Positions 55,751 to 64,000 of a stretch of DNA of 64,000 bases are shown here, piece by piece. The stretch's first letter is position 1. The number at the start of each line of letters is the position of its first letter. The DNA is from a virus (lineage: Duplodnaviria > Heunggongvirae > Uroviricota > Caudoviricetes): the IMG/VR virus record IMGVR_UViG_3300021403_000003, positions 49,952 through 113,951 of that record. The stretch is one strand, 5' to 3'. Under the pieces are notes generated by a model, which saw only the letters and a program-made list of their open reading frames with translations, had not been told where the DNA came from and did not search any database. The position numbers were made by a program, and so were the translations under genes.

Positions 55751-58153
55751 TTGACCACCTTACCCCACGCCAACGGTCGCAAAATTGACCTGACGGTTAC
55801 CAAGGCACTCCTCGCCAAGCTCCTCGCTTCAGAGAACCTGACAGTGATTCATGAGCCTATCGAGACTGCGTATTTCGACCTGCGTGATCGTGTACTTCAC
55901 TGCCCCATTTTCAAGGACATGACCAGCAGCCTATACGACCTTCTTATGGGTCATGAGGTTGGTCATGCCTTGTACACTCCCATGGAGGGTTGGCACAAGG
56001 AGATAGTAAAGTGCAATCAGAATCACGAGCATGAGGATTCATGCTATGATGTAAATTTCAAAGGCTTCCTGAATGTTTGTGAGGATGCCAGGATAGAGAA
56101 GAAAATTAAGCGCAAATTCAATGGTTTGCGCTCTAGTTTCGCTCAAGCTTATTCTGAACTGATGGATCGCGACTTTTTTGGAGTCAAGGGTGTAGATGCT
56201 TCCAATCTGAATTTGATCGATCGCATCAACCTCTTTTTCAAAGTTGGTTCTCATTATCCAGTTCAGTTCAATCAAGAAGAGCAAGCTTACGTTCAACAGT
56301 TGGAAAATGCTGAAACTTGGGATGATGTTGTTACGGTTGCTCGTGCGATCTACAAATATGATCAAGAACAGCCGAAGATCAACAACTTGAGCCAGTTGAA
56401 GAACCTTAAAGGTAAAGGTCAACAGAAGTTTGACAAACCTGGTAAGTCTGATCAAGGTTCTGGTAAGCAGAAAGATCAGGACAATCAAGATCAGGAGAAC
56501 GCTTCTGATTCCGACCCCAGTGGTAAAGATGATTCCCAAGATGGTAAAGGTTCTGATGGTGGTCAAGGTGACAAATCAGAAAAGAGCGACAAATCAGCTC
56601 AAGGGGAAGGAAAGACTAGCAATAATGGGGAAAAGAAGGATGAAAAGGACAAAAAAGGCAAGCAGGTTGGTCCATTAGGTGGTATCAACAAGGAAAAGAC
56701 CCCTCCGACTAGCCCACAGTCAGTAACTGACCAGAGCTTTCGTCACAACGAAAATCAATTGGTCAACACTAATAATTTCGATCAGTTGATCAATGCAACC
56801 TTTCCCAAGGCAGATTTGGGGAAGGTCATATATGACGTGAAAACAGTTGTGGAGTTCTACGAGCGTCAGGCCAGCATTGAAACTAAAACAGCTTCTGTGG
56901 AAATTCTCAAATTTTTCACGGTCAAAAACAAAGCTTCTGTGATGCACCTACTGAAAGAATTTGAGATGCGCAAGAACGCTCGTCAATATATGCATGCCAA
57001 GATCACTCGCACCGGAGAGCTGGATTCTGAATTGTTGTCAGAATATCGCTTTCGGAATGACATCTTTTTGCAGAGCACTGAGACATTGAAGGGTAAAAGT
57101 CATGGTATGGTGATGTTTCTGGATATGTCAAGTTCCATGAATGGTAATTTCATGTATCATGCAATAGAACAAATTCTAACGCTTACATCTTTCTGTGACA
57201 AGGCTCACATGCCTTATGATGTATATGGGTTTGCTGATAACTTGGAATACTCTGCAAAGGTCAACATCAAAGGTTATAGTACCAAAGGTTATGGTACAAA
57301 CAATGACTTATTCAGTCACGGCATCCGTGATCTACAATGCAACACTGGTTATTTCCATCTGCGTCATCTGATTTCCAGCCGTGTTTCTGGTCTATTGCGC
57401 AAGCGTGCAGCTCAAATGCTTGCAATGTTGGCTGGTTTTCATACCTCTGATCAGAGGATCCCCAGTAAAGACGGAAAGTCTGAAGATATCCATCCAGTTC
57501 GTCGGTTAATGAGTAAAGTAAAGGATACATCCGCATGCGGACTTGGTACACATGGTACCCCATTGAGTGAGTGTATCATTAGCTCCCGTCAAATCATTGA
57601 GAAATTCAAAACTGACACCAAGGTTGATATCACTAACGTGATCTATTTGTCAGATGGTAATGGTTCTCAGATTGGGATACCACAAGGTCAAAGTGGTAAC
57701 AAGCTCATGATCACGGACCCAGTAACCCGTAAGCACAAATATGTGGATAATATCTCCAACACAAGGTATGACGAAAACGTTAAGGTACAATCTGCTTTGG
57801 TATCTTTTGTTAAGGAACTCACTGGTTGTCGTCACATTTGTTACTACATTTGTGATTCCAGTCATGTCAGATCCATGGCCAAAAAATTGAAAGATAGCAA
57901 TGCACGTAAGGAAGCGGAAGAAACATCAAAGAAATATGGTTATGTAGCTGTACCGATGATGGGGTTTGACCGCTACTTCTACATCAGCACTGAATTCATG
58001 GGCTACAAAGATAAATTCACTGGACAGAAAGTTGAGGGTTCCACTGAAAATCTGGAAAAGGCTTTCAGCCAGAATATGGTATCCAAGAAAGCTCAACGTG
58101 CGGTAATGCAACAGTTTGCTCAAGATATTGCTACCATTGACGGGTTGGAATAA
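55751..58153 (+). CDS. CobT-like vWA-domain protein with N-terminal HExxH motif and central K/D/G/Q-rich disordered linker; TTG start in track
   Basis: MIDAS DMSSSM in the C-terminal vWA domain; GHEVGHALY zincin-like motif; AGGAGACTAGC SD before TTG. Confidence 0.55.
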   Translation: MTTLPHANGRKIDLTVTKALLAKLLASENLTVIHEPIETAYFDLRDRVLHCPIFKDMTSSLYDLLMGHEVGHALYTPMEGWHKEIVKCNQNHEHEDSCYDVNFKGFLNVCEDARIEKKIKRKFNGLRSSFAQAYSELMDRDFFGVKGVDASNLNLIDRINLFFKVGSHYPVQFNQEEQAYVQQLENAETWDDVVTVARAIYKYDQEQPKINNLSQLKNLKGKGQQKFDKPGKSDQGSGKQKDQDNQDQENASDSDPSGKDDSQDGKGSDGGQGDKSEKSDKSAQGEGKTSNNGEKKDEKDKKGKQVGPLGGINKEKTPPTSPQSVTDQSFRHNENQLVNTNNFDQLINATFPKADLGKVIYDVKTVVEFYERQASIETKTASVEILKFFTVKNKASVMHLLKEFEMRKNARQYMHAKITRTGELDSELLSEYRFRNDIFLQSTETLKGKSHGMVMFLDMSSSMNGNFMYHAIEQILTLTSFCDKAHMPYDVYGFADNLEYSAKVNIKGYSTKGYGTNNDLFSHGIRDLQCNTGYFHLRHLISSRVSGLLRKRAAQMLAMLAGFHTSDQRIPSKDGKSEDIHPVRRLMSKVKDTSACGLGTHGTPLSECIISSRQIIEKFKTDTKVDITNVIYLSDGNGSQIGIPQGQSGNKLMITDPVTRKHKYVDNISNTRYDENVKVQSALVSFVKELTGCRHICYYICDSSHVRSMAKKLKDSNARKEAEETSKKYGYVAVPMMGFDRYFYISTEFMGYKDKFTGQKVEGSTENLEKAFSQNMVSKKAQRAVMQQFAQDIATIDGLE

Positions 58154-58165
58154 AGGAGATTAAAC

Positions 58166-58567
58166 ATGATCGGTATGTTTCAACCACCAATCAAATGTAT
58201 TTGTGGTGATACTGAGTTTCATCAATACACTGGCAGCATCGGTCAATTCAGGTGCAAAAAGTGCGGAACTTCTCATGACATGACCAAGGATGTGATCATT
58301 ACAAACTTGGAAGCCATGGCTGAAGATTTCATCCGGGCACGTGGAACTCGTGACTACTTGACTGTGCTGGTAGTTGATGTTGATCGACACATTGAAAATG
58401 GTGGTTGGCAATTGGTACAGTTAGCAATTGGATCACCCCAGATACAATCTTCTGTGCGTTCTCCACGTCTTGACATTAATTTCCATACTTTGGATCACCT
58501 CTACGAGCAACTCGTTAAGTTGTTTCCTTATTCTATATTCATTCGTCTTAATTTGCCAAGATCCTAA
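58166..58567 (+). CDS. Zn-ribbon protein
   Basis: CICGDTEFHQ ... CKKCGTSHD. Confidence 0.4.
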   Translation: MIGMFQPPIKCICGDTEFHQYTGSIGQFRCKKCGTSHDMTKDVIITNLEAMAEDFIRARGTRDYLTVLVVDVDRHIENGGWQLVQLAIGSPQIQSSVRSPRLDINFHTLDHLYEQLVKLFPYSIFIRLNLPRS

Positions 58568-58660
58568 CTAATTGACTCAATTGGTAATTTACCACTTTAC
58601 TTCAATCATTGATTCAACGAATATAGCCCCTGATCGATAAATAAACAGGAGACTAGGACC

Positions 58661-60055
58661 GTGGCCAAAGAGACGTTTTATACGCCAGAGAGACAAGAAG
58701 AGTACTGCAATGGTATTGCAAGTCACTTCAACTCAGACGTTATTACAGCCAAGCAGGTATCAGAGTACAATTCACTCAAAAACCTGCCGTATCCCTATTT
58801 TCTCACGATGGACAAGAAGCGCAGCGCAGGTTGGGGCAAATACCGCGTGCGTGGTCAGGGTGAAGCGCCTGTCAAGGTTGATAAACAGGCTGTATCAAAG
58901 GCTGTTTTCGAGGAAATGGTAAAAAGTTTTGTGCCAGAAAAGAGTAGCACATACATACCATTTGGTTTCTTTAACGACTGCTATTCCATTATCAACTCCA
59001 AGATTTTTTATCCTGTATATGTCACTGGTCTTTCTGGAAATGGCAAGACTGAGATGATCATTCAGGCTTGCGCAAAAGCAGTTCGTGAATTGATACGAGT
59101 AAACATCACGAAGGATACCCACGAGCTGGATCTGATGGGTTCCAACATCCTCGTGGATGGTAACACCTTCTATCAAGAAGGCCCGGTTATTACTGCAATG
59201 AAGCGTGGTGCAATCCTGCTGTTAGACGAGACCGACTTGGGCAGTGAACGCCTGCTCTGCTTGCAACCGGTTCTCGAAGGCAAGCCAGTCCTCAACAAGA
59301 AGACCGGTGAGATTGTACATCCCAAGGAAGGGTTCAACATTTTCGCAACAGCTAACACCAAGGGCCAGGGCAACGCTGATGGCCGTTTCATCGGTACCAA
59401 CACATTGAATGAAGCGTTCCTGGAGCGTTTCGCGATTACGGTTGAACAGGAATATCCAAACGAACAAACAGAGACCAAAATTCTCGAGAAGAACTTCGAG
59501 GAATTGGGTATTGAACTTGCTACCCACAAAATGTTTTTGTGGAGTTTGATCAATTGGGCGCAGTTGGTTCGTAAGAGTTATGCCGAGGGCGCAGTTGGTG
59601 AAATTATCAGCACTCGTCGCTTGATTCACATTGTTAAAGCTTACTCTATCTTCAAGAACAAGAAGAAATCAGTGACTTTGTGTTTGAATCGGTTTGATGA
59701 AGAAACCAAAGTTGCCCTTGTTGATTTTTGGGATAAGGTCTTCAAGGAAGAACCAAAACCTGTTGACCCGAATGAAAAGGTTATGCCTCCTGGTACTACT
59801 AAGGCTACTCAGAACAAGGAACGTACTGATATTGAGTTTGTTCCTGTTAGTGGAGTGATGACTAACAAGTTCAAGACCCCAGTTGCCCTCAAAGCTGAGA
59901 ATGATCCTATTGGGAAGAAAGTGCTTGCGGTCTATTCACACAACAACAAGACAACCAAACCGATGGATCAGTTGCCGAACCCGACAAGCGTTCGTGAGTT
60001 TGAGATGGCTGTCCAGCGTATGGTTGAGGCCAATAGTATCGGAGGTGCAGCATAA
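58661..60055 (+). CDS. cobS: CobS-like MoxR-family AAA+ ATPase; GTG start
   Basis: Walker A GLSGNGKTE, Walker B ILLLDETD, arginine-finger region; the usual partner of the upstream vWA protein. Confidence 0.75.
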   Translation: MAKETFYTPERQEEYCNGIASHFNSDVITAKQVSEYNSLKNLPYPYFLTMDKKRSAGWGKYRVRGQGEAPVKVDKQAVSKAVFEEMVKSFVPEKSSTYIPFGFFNDCYSIINSKIFYPVYVTGLSGNGKTEMIIQACAKAVRELIRVNITKDTHELDLMGSNILVDGNTFYQEGPVITAMKRGAILLLDETDLGSERLLCLQPVLEGKPVLNKKTGEIVHPKEGFNIFATANTKGQGNADGRFIGTNTLNEAFLERFAITVEQEYPNEQTETKILEKNFEELGIELATHKMFLWSLINWAQLVRKSYAEGAVGEIISTRRLIHIVKAYSIFKNKKKSVTLCLNRFDEETKVALVDFWDKVFKEEPKPVDPNEKVMPPGTTKATQNKERTDIEFVPVSGVMTNKFKTPVALKAENDPIGKKVLAVYSHNNKTTKPMDQLPNPTSVREFEMAVQRMVEANSIGGAA

Positions 60056-60163
60056 TGGGCTAATTCTTTAGAATGCTTGAGGTATGATAGTTGAAACATC
60101 AAAACCTCATTGCATTCGCGGTGAATATGACCTGATTCGGTATTAGTCTCCCGGACAGGCATA

Positions 60164-60221
60164 CTGAGGTGCAAGACCTCAGGTTGGGGCCAGATGTGAA
60201 TAGCATCTGGCCCACTTTTTA
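60164..60221 (+). terminator. Tandem hairpins (CTGAGGT/ACCTCAG, then GGGCCAGATG/CATCTGGCCC plus T-run): rho-independent terminator
   Basis: 10-bp GC stem, 7-nt loop, ACTTTTTATT. Confidence 0.7.
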
Positions 60222-60264
60222 TTGGTCCTATAATTTATCTATATAATGCAGTGATGGTAAAATT

Positions 60265-61575
60265 TTGGAGAATGATATGCCAAAGACTGTTTTTGTTGAT
60301 AAACGAGAACACGAAGAACTACTTGGTACCTTCCTGAATGATTCGCATTACGAAACTTTGATTGATGATGATATTGATGTATATGTCAGGGATCGTTTTG
60401 GTAATGAATCTATTGATGAAGACAATGTTGTCTTGAAGTTTCGTAAAAACTGGTTCACAAAAGAACAACAGGAAGGTGCATATGAAGGACTGAAAGATGC
60501 GGCAGTTCAATCTCAAAATCGTGGTTTAGCAGCTGGACCAAAGGGCGAGAAATGCTTGAATCGTGATTGGGTCACACCTGAACAATCTTTGTTTTTGAAG
60601 TTCTTGGAAAAAGTCACATCCAAACCAACAGAAGAAGATGTAGCATTCATCAAAAGTTCTGCTTCCGTTACAGAAGATACAAGGGGATTGGTTTGGCTTG
60701 GTTCTGAGAAAGAAAAGCACAACTTTGATTGGGTTGTTTGGATTAACAAGGTTGTATCTGGTGGAATGACTCTTGATGATATTAAAAAAGATGTCAATTG
60801 GATCAATGATGAATTGATCAGCGATACAACCTATGCTAATCCTGTAGATTCAGGGATTGCTGGTTGGTTTGGACGTTACCCAAGGATTCCATATGGAAGA
60901 GCAACTGCTTACACCAATCATAACCGTCAAAAGTTCGAGTTGTGCTACCCATTTATGCAACAACTCTCACTCGGTTTCGAGCAACTATTACCCCAACGTT
61001 TTTCGAATCAAATGGCAGAAACCGAAAAGCTTGATCCCAATTTCTACATACCAGGCACTCCATTCACAACAATCACTGTTAATAGAAATTTTCGGACAGC
61101 CGCACATCGAGATGCAGGTGATCTTGCCAAAGGATTCTCAAATCTAACTGTTGTAGCAAAGGACAAAAATTATGAAGGTTCTTATCTCGTTTTACCCGAA
61201 GCTCGTGCTGCTGTTAACATTCGTCCTGGCGATCTTTTGCTTGTGGGAAATCATGATTGGATTCATGGCAACACACCCATATTGGCACCCAATGTTGGAG
61301 ACCTTGAGCGTATTTCTCTTGTTTGTTATTTTCGCGAAGACATGTTGGATCTTGGTTCAAAGGAATATGAAGATCAAAGATTCAATTATGTAGAAACTCG
61401 TCGCAAGAACCAATCTCACCCTTTATGGTGGTCACGCTGGAATGGGGTGAGTAATGGTATGTGGGGTGAAGAATGGTTCAATTTTCTACGTGAGAATAAT
61501 AAGGAAAATCTCATAACTAAGTATCATCCAGAAACCACCATTGAAAATAATTCACTTGAGGATTTCTTTACATGA
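60265..61575 (+). CDS. 2OG-Fe(II) oxygenase superfamily protein (large; DSBH core in the C-terminal half)
   Basis: HRDAGD (HxD) ... PGDLLLVGNHDWIHGN (distal His); the true start may be the Met at 60277. Confidence 0.5.
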   Translation: MENDMPKTVFVDKREHEELLGTFLNDSHYETLIDDDIDVYVRDRFGNESIDEDNVVLKFRKNWFTKEQQEGAYEGLKDAAVQSQNRGLAAGPKGEKCLNRDWVTPEQSLFLKFLEKVTSKPTEEDVAFIKSSASVTEDTRGLVWLGSEKEKHNFDWVVWINKVVSGGMTLDDIKKDVNWINDELISDTTYANPVDSGIAGWFGRYPRIPYGRATAYTNHNRQKFELCYPFMQQLSLGFEQLLPQRFSNQMAETEKLDPNFYIPGTPFTTITVNRNFRTAAHRDAGDLAKGFSNLTVVAKDKNYEGSYLVLPEARAAVNIRPGDLLLVGNHDWIHGNTPILAPNVGDLERISLVCYFREDMLDLGSKEYEDQRFNYVETRRKNQSHPLWWSRWNGVSNGMWGEEWFNFLRENNKENLITKYHPETTIENNSLEDFFT

Positions 61576-61808
61576 TGTACAAGTGCATTGAAGCTCCTTG
61601 CTGTTATCAAAATCCTGTTCCAGAACTTCAGTTGCTTCCAAATGGAGAATTTGAGTGTCCATATTGCAAGCGAAACTATGATCAGCAAACTCTTAACAGG
61701 ATATACAAAACAACTCCTTGTATAGGGAATGATGAGGAATGTCATCTATTTTGCTGTAATATCTGGTGTGAAGGTGATTGTGAATATTGTGGAGTTGAAA
61801 GATCATGA
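61572..61808 (+). CDS. Cys-rich small protein (Zn-binding)
   Basis: CPYCKRN ... CCNIWCEGDCEYCG; ATGA overlap. Confidence 0.4.
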   Translation: MMYKCIEAPCCYQNPVPELQLLPNGEFECPYCKRNYDQQTLNRIYKTTPCIGNDEECHLFCCNIWCEGDCEYCGVERS

Positions 61809-62014
61809 CATATGAAGAACTCCGTCAACGTTGTGTGAATTTTTCTGAAATGCATCCAAACAATCCATGTAATTTAATTGATATTGCTAGACATGCTAAA
61901 CGTAGAGCAATAGAAAGAGGAAACATGGATAAGTTTGAAGAACTCGTTATTGAATTAGCAAATTTCATTGAAAATAAGAGAAAACCTAAGAGATGCTCAA
62001 CCAAGAATGGGTAA
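61805..62014 (+). CDS. Hypothetical protein
   Basis: ATGA overlap. Confidence 0.35.
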   Translation: MTYEELRQRCVNFSEMHPNNPCNLIDIARHAKRRAIERGNMDKFEELVIELANFIENKRKPKRCSTKNG

Positions 62015-62736
62015 CAAAGGTGACTTCTGATCTTCAATCAGAAGATGCTCCTATCATCTGCAAACCATCAAGAACGACAGGTTATACCTTGGGTGATAGC
62101 ATTGCGGTCTTTGCAGGGCTGGATTATGACTACCTCTTTACCAGCCCACCTTGCTATGAGGACCTAGAGTCTTTTGGTGTAACACCGAAACGACCTGAGA
62201 CCTACAAGACCCATTTCTTGAGTCAGTGGTTACCGAAGGCTGTTCCAAAACTTGGTACTATTACGATCTCATTTACTGGTGCACGTCGCCATGATGGAAA
62301 GATTCTCCCTAAATCATACTTCTTACAACAGTGCATGTATGAGTGTGGATACTATCTGCGTGACATCAAAAAGGTTAAGAAATCAAACAGCTTCAATGCC
62401 TATTCACACCAGGTGATTGAGGTTCTGACCTTCCAGAGGGAAGGCACAAAGGCGGTTTATAACCTCCGGAAGGAAAAGTTGTATGACAGTTATGGTAAGG
62501 ACGTTTGGGGACCATTTACCAAAGAACAATTGGTTGATGGTGAAGTTGTCGGTCAGCCCATTCAGATTGCTGAATATTGTGTAATGAACTTCACCAACGA
62601 AGGGCATTTGGTTCTGGATCCATTTGCTGGCATCGGGACAACTTGCGAAGCATCTCGTAGACACAATAGACAATACCTTGGGTATGAGATTCGAAAGTCA
62701 ATCTGGCAGCATGGAGTCAATTTCTACGGCCTATGA
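61993..62736 (+). CDS. DNA methyltransferase, beta-class amino-MTase (N4-C or N6-A), orphan
   Basis: Motif IV FTSPPCY precedes motif I VLDPFAGIGTT (order IV then I is the beta class); no adjacent restriction endonuclease. Confidence 0.75.
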   Translation: MLNQEWVTKVTSDLQSEDAPIICKPSRTTGYTLGDSIAVFAGLDYDYLFTSPPCYEDLESFGVTPKRPETYKTHFLSQWLPKAVPKLGTITISFTGARRHDGKILPKSYFLQQCMYECGYYLRDIKKVKKSNSFNAYSHQVIEVLTFQREGTKAVYNLRKEKLYDSYGKDVWGPFTKEQLVDGEVVGQPIQIAEYCVMNFTNEGHLVLDPFAGIGTTCEASRRHNRQYLGYEIRKSIWQHGVNFYGL

Positions 62737-63809
62737 AAACAAATATTGATTATCGCGATCCACAATACAGAACACTTGGATTCGACAAATTTTACGAATT
62801 TCATATTTCAACTAATGACTGCTCTCCTGATATTGCAGTAGAAACTTGGATCGCCAATAAGGAAAATTGGGATTACGAGAAACGTTGTGTAATGGCACTG
62901 TTTCATGGTGCAACTTACGCTGGGCCCTGTGAAACAATGTTTGCTGACAAGTTTCCAGTTTTCAATAGTGAAATCATTTCATCAGCCATAGAATTCTTTG
63001 AAATAAACAAGAAACGACTCCTGTTCAGCCCTGATTGTAAATATCGTAAAATGGTGTTCCCAAAGTTCCTTCAGAGTATTGGTGACAGTTTGATGTTTTG
63101 CACACTTGGTGAAAAGATCAAAAGCCTAATGTATTCTGATGATCCTAAGAAGAATTATTTGGCTCTTCAGAAGTGGTGCATGGAGAATTGGTATCATTGG
63201 GGCAGAATGGGTCATTGGTGTTTCTCAGAAGCTTTACATCGTTTTATTAATGCTCCTATAGAAGCACCAACTATGGAATTTGGTCCAGGAGGTAAGAGCC
63301 ATACTGCAGGTTGGGCATTCTCAATTGGTCTCGATGATTATGTTGATAAAGCAGAAACTCTAGAACCAACCGCTGTTGAATATCTTGAAGGAACAGCACG
63401 CAAATACATTACAGAATTCCAACAACATCATCCTCAATTGAAGCTTGCTCAATATTTCACTCTTGAAACTGCTTGTTGCAACTACAAACGTCAACACAAA
63501 GGTAGTCGTTATGGTGGATGTTACATAGATGAACAATACGATGAAATTCTATACATGCAAAGCCTCTGGCCAGAATATAAGTGGCTCTGGGACCTATATA
63601 TACAAGGAAGACAAGCAGTTATCCCATTAAGCTTGCTTTTTGAAAATTTCAGCAATATTGGTAATGCTTATATGACCAGTTGGTGTAATGCATTGAAAGA
63701 TTGGGGAAGAATTCCAAGAATAGAAGCTTGGCATAATAAACAACCTCAAGAGTGGCGTCATATTACTTTCATGCCTTGGTATGGTGATGGTGGACTGGAA
63801 AATTTATGA
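62733..63809 (+). CDS. Hypothetical protein (Cys/Trp-rich)
   Basis: ATGA overlap; 358 aa. Confidence 0.4.
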   Translation: MKTNIDYRDPQYRTLGFDKFYEFHISTNDCSPDIAVETWIANKENWDYEKRCVMALFHGATYAGPCETMFADKFPVFNSEIISSAIEFFEINKKRLLFSPDCKYRKMVFPKFLQSIGDSLMFCTLGEKIKSLMYSDDPKKNYLALQKWCMENWYHWGRMGHWCFSEALHRFINAPIEAPTMEFGPGGKSHTAGWAFSIGLDDYVDKAETLEPTAVEYLEGTARKYITEFQQHHPQLKLAQYFTLETACCNYKRQHKGSRYGGCYIDEQYDEILYMQSLWPEYKWLWDLYIQGRQAVIPLSLLFENFSNIGNAYMTSWCNALKDWGRIPRIEAWHNKQPQEWRHITFMPWYGDGGLENL

Positions 63810-64000
63810 TGTTGTACAAAATTTGTCATTGTGGTAAACACAAAATTTGGTTCTGGTCCCGCGTACCTTGGCCAAAATTCATTCAAAGATGGATAAATCA
63901 ATACAAGGTTTGGAAGCTGGAAACAGACCTTGCCAATCAATTTGCTGAAGAAATTCGTAAGGAAATTGACGCTGAAATCATTGAAAAGATTCGTAAGGAA
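63806..64000 (+). CDS. Hypothetical protein, 3' end outside the window
   Basis: Open frame to the window end starting MMLYKICHCGKHK; ATGA overlap with the upstream gene. Confidence 0.35.
   Translation, partial: MMLYKICHCGKHKIWFWSRVPWPKFIQRWINQYKVWKLETDLANQFAEEIRKEIDAEIIEKIRKE

Noticed and set aside
1-64000. tRNA genes
   Set aside because: Looked in intergenic regions longer than 100 bp (11.1-11.4 kb, 12.0-12.35 kb, 13.25-13.7 kb, 18.3-18.5 kb, 24.9-25.2 kb, 60.06-60.26 kb) for T-loop GTTCGAATCC-like motifs and cloverleaf pairing and found none. A computational scan (tRNAscan-SE/ARAGORN) would be decisive.
1-64000. Prophage/integration signals or photosynthesis genes (psbA, hli)
   Set aside because: No integrase, att-like repeats or recognisable psbA/hli/photosystem sequences in this window. 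The gene content fits a virulent T4-like genome segment.

Overview
This window reads as a contiguous piece of a T4-like myovirus genome, most consistent with a marine cyanomyovirus-like phage. It shows conserved T4-core synteny, the accessory genes typical of that group, and two blocks of small early genes. Basis: sequence only; no database search was possible.

The left end (1-10 kb) holds three N/T/S/G-rich fibre-like proteins, a small chaperone-motif protein, gp13/gp14/gp15-like neck and tail-terminator genes, and the small (gp16) and large (gp17) terminase subunits. The gp17 call rests on clear SRQLGKTT-like Walker A and WAAEEGY(N/H)DD motifs.

From 11 to 21 kb there is a hyperplastic early region of small ORFs. 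It includes a 2H (LigT-like) phosphoesterase, a GIY-YIG endonuclease, Zn-ribbon proteins, leftward mini-operons and a family of sigma70/T4-early-like promoters (CTTTAC-N17-TATRMT). Four promoter copies share an identical 28-bp core; two of them face outward around a perfect 20-bp palindrome.

From 21 to 34.9 kb lies an accessory region. It contains a SpoT-like HD hydrolase, an acyltransferase-3 membrane protein, and a leftward operon (MTase-fold/spermidine-synthase-like plus Cys/His-rich proteins). It also contains an island with a wHTH/AT-hook protein and a triple-frame ORF, a leftward operon carrying 2OG-Fe(II) oxygenase, a HAD phosphatase and a NADAR domain protein, an SPFH/band-7 protein and a GCS2-like amidoligase.

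The structural core (35-47.5 kb) runs sheath (gp18), tube (gp19), portal (gp20), an HNH endonuclease, two unusually histidine-rich proteins plus a related small protein, a putative virion protein, a protamine-like basic protein, prohead protease (gp21), scaffold (gp22) and major capsid (gp23).

The right end (47.8-64 kb) carries gp3, UvsY, the UvsW helicase, a gp55-like late sigma factor, gp47/gp46 (Mre11/Rad50), peptide deformylase, a CobT-like vWA protein, a CobS-like AAA+ ATPase, and an overlapping operon of a 2OG-Fe(II) oxygenase, a Cys-rich protein, a beta-class DNA MTase and unknowns.

Several rho-independent terminators, two perfect tandem duplications (37 bp and 30 bp) and other repeats are visible. 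No tRNA, CRISPR array, integrase or photosynthesis gene was recognised in the window.
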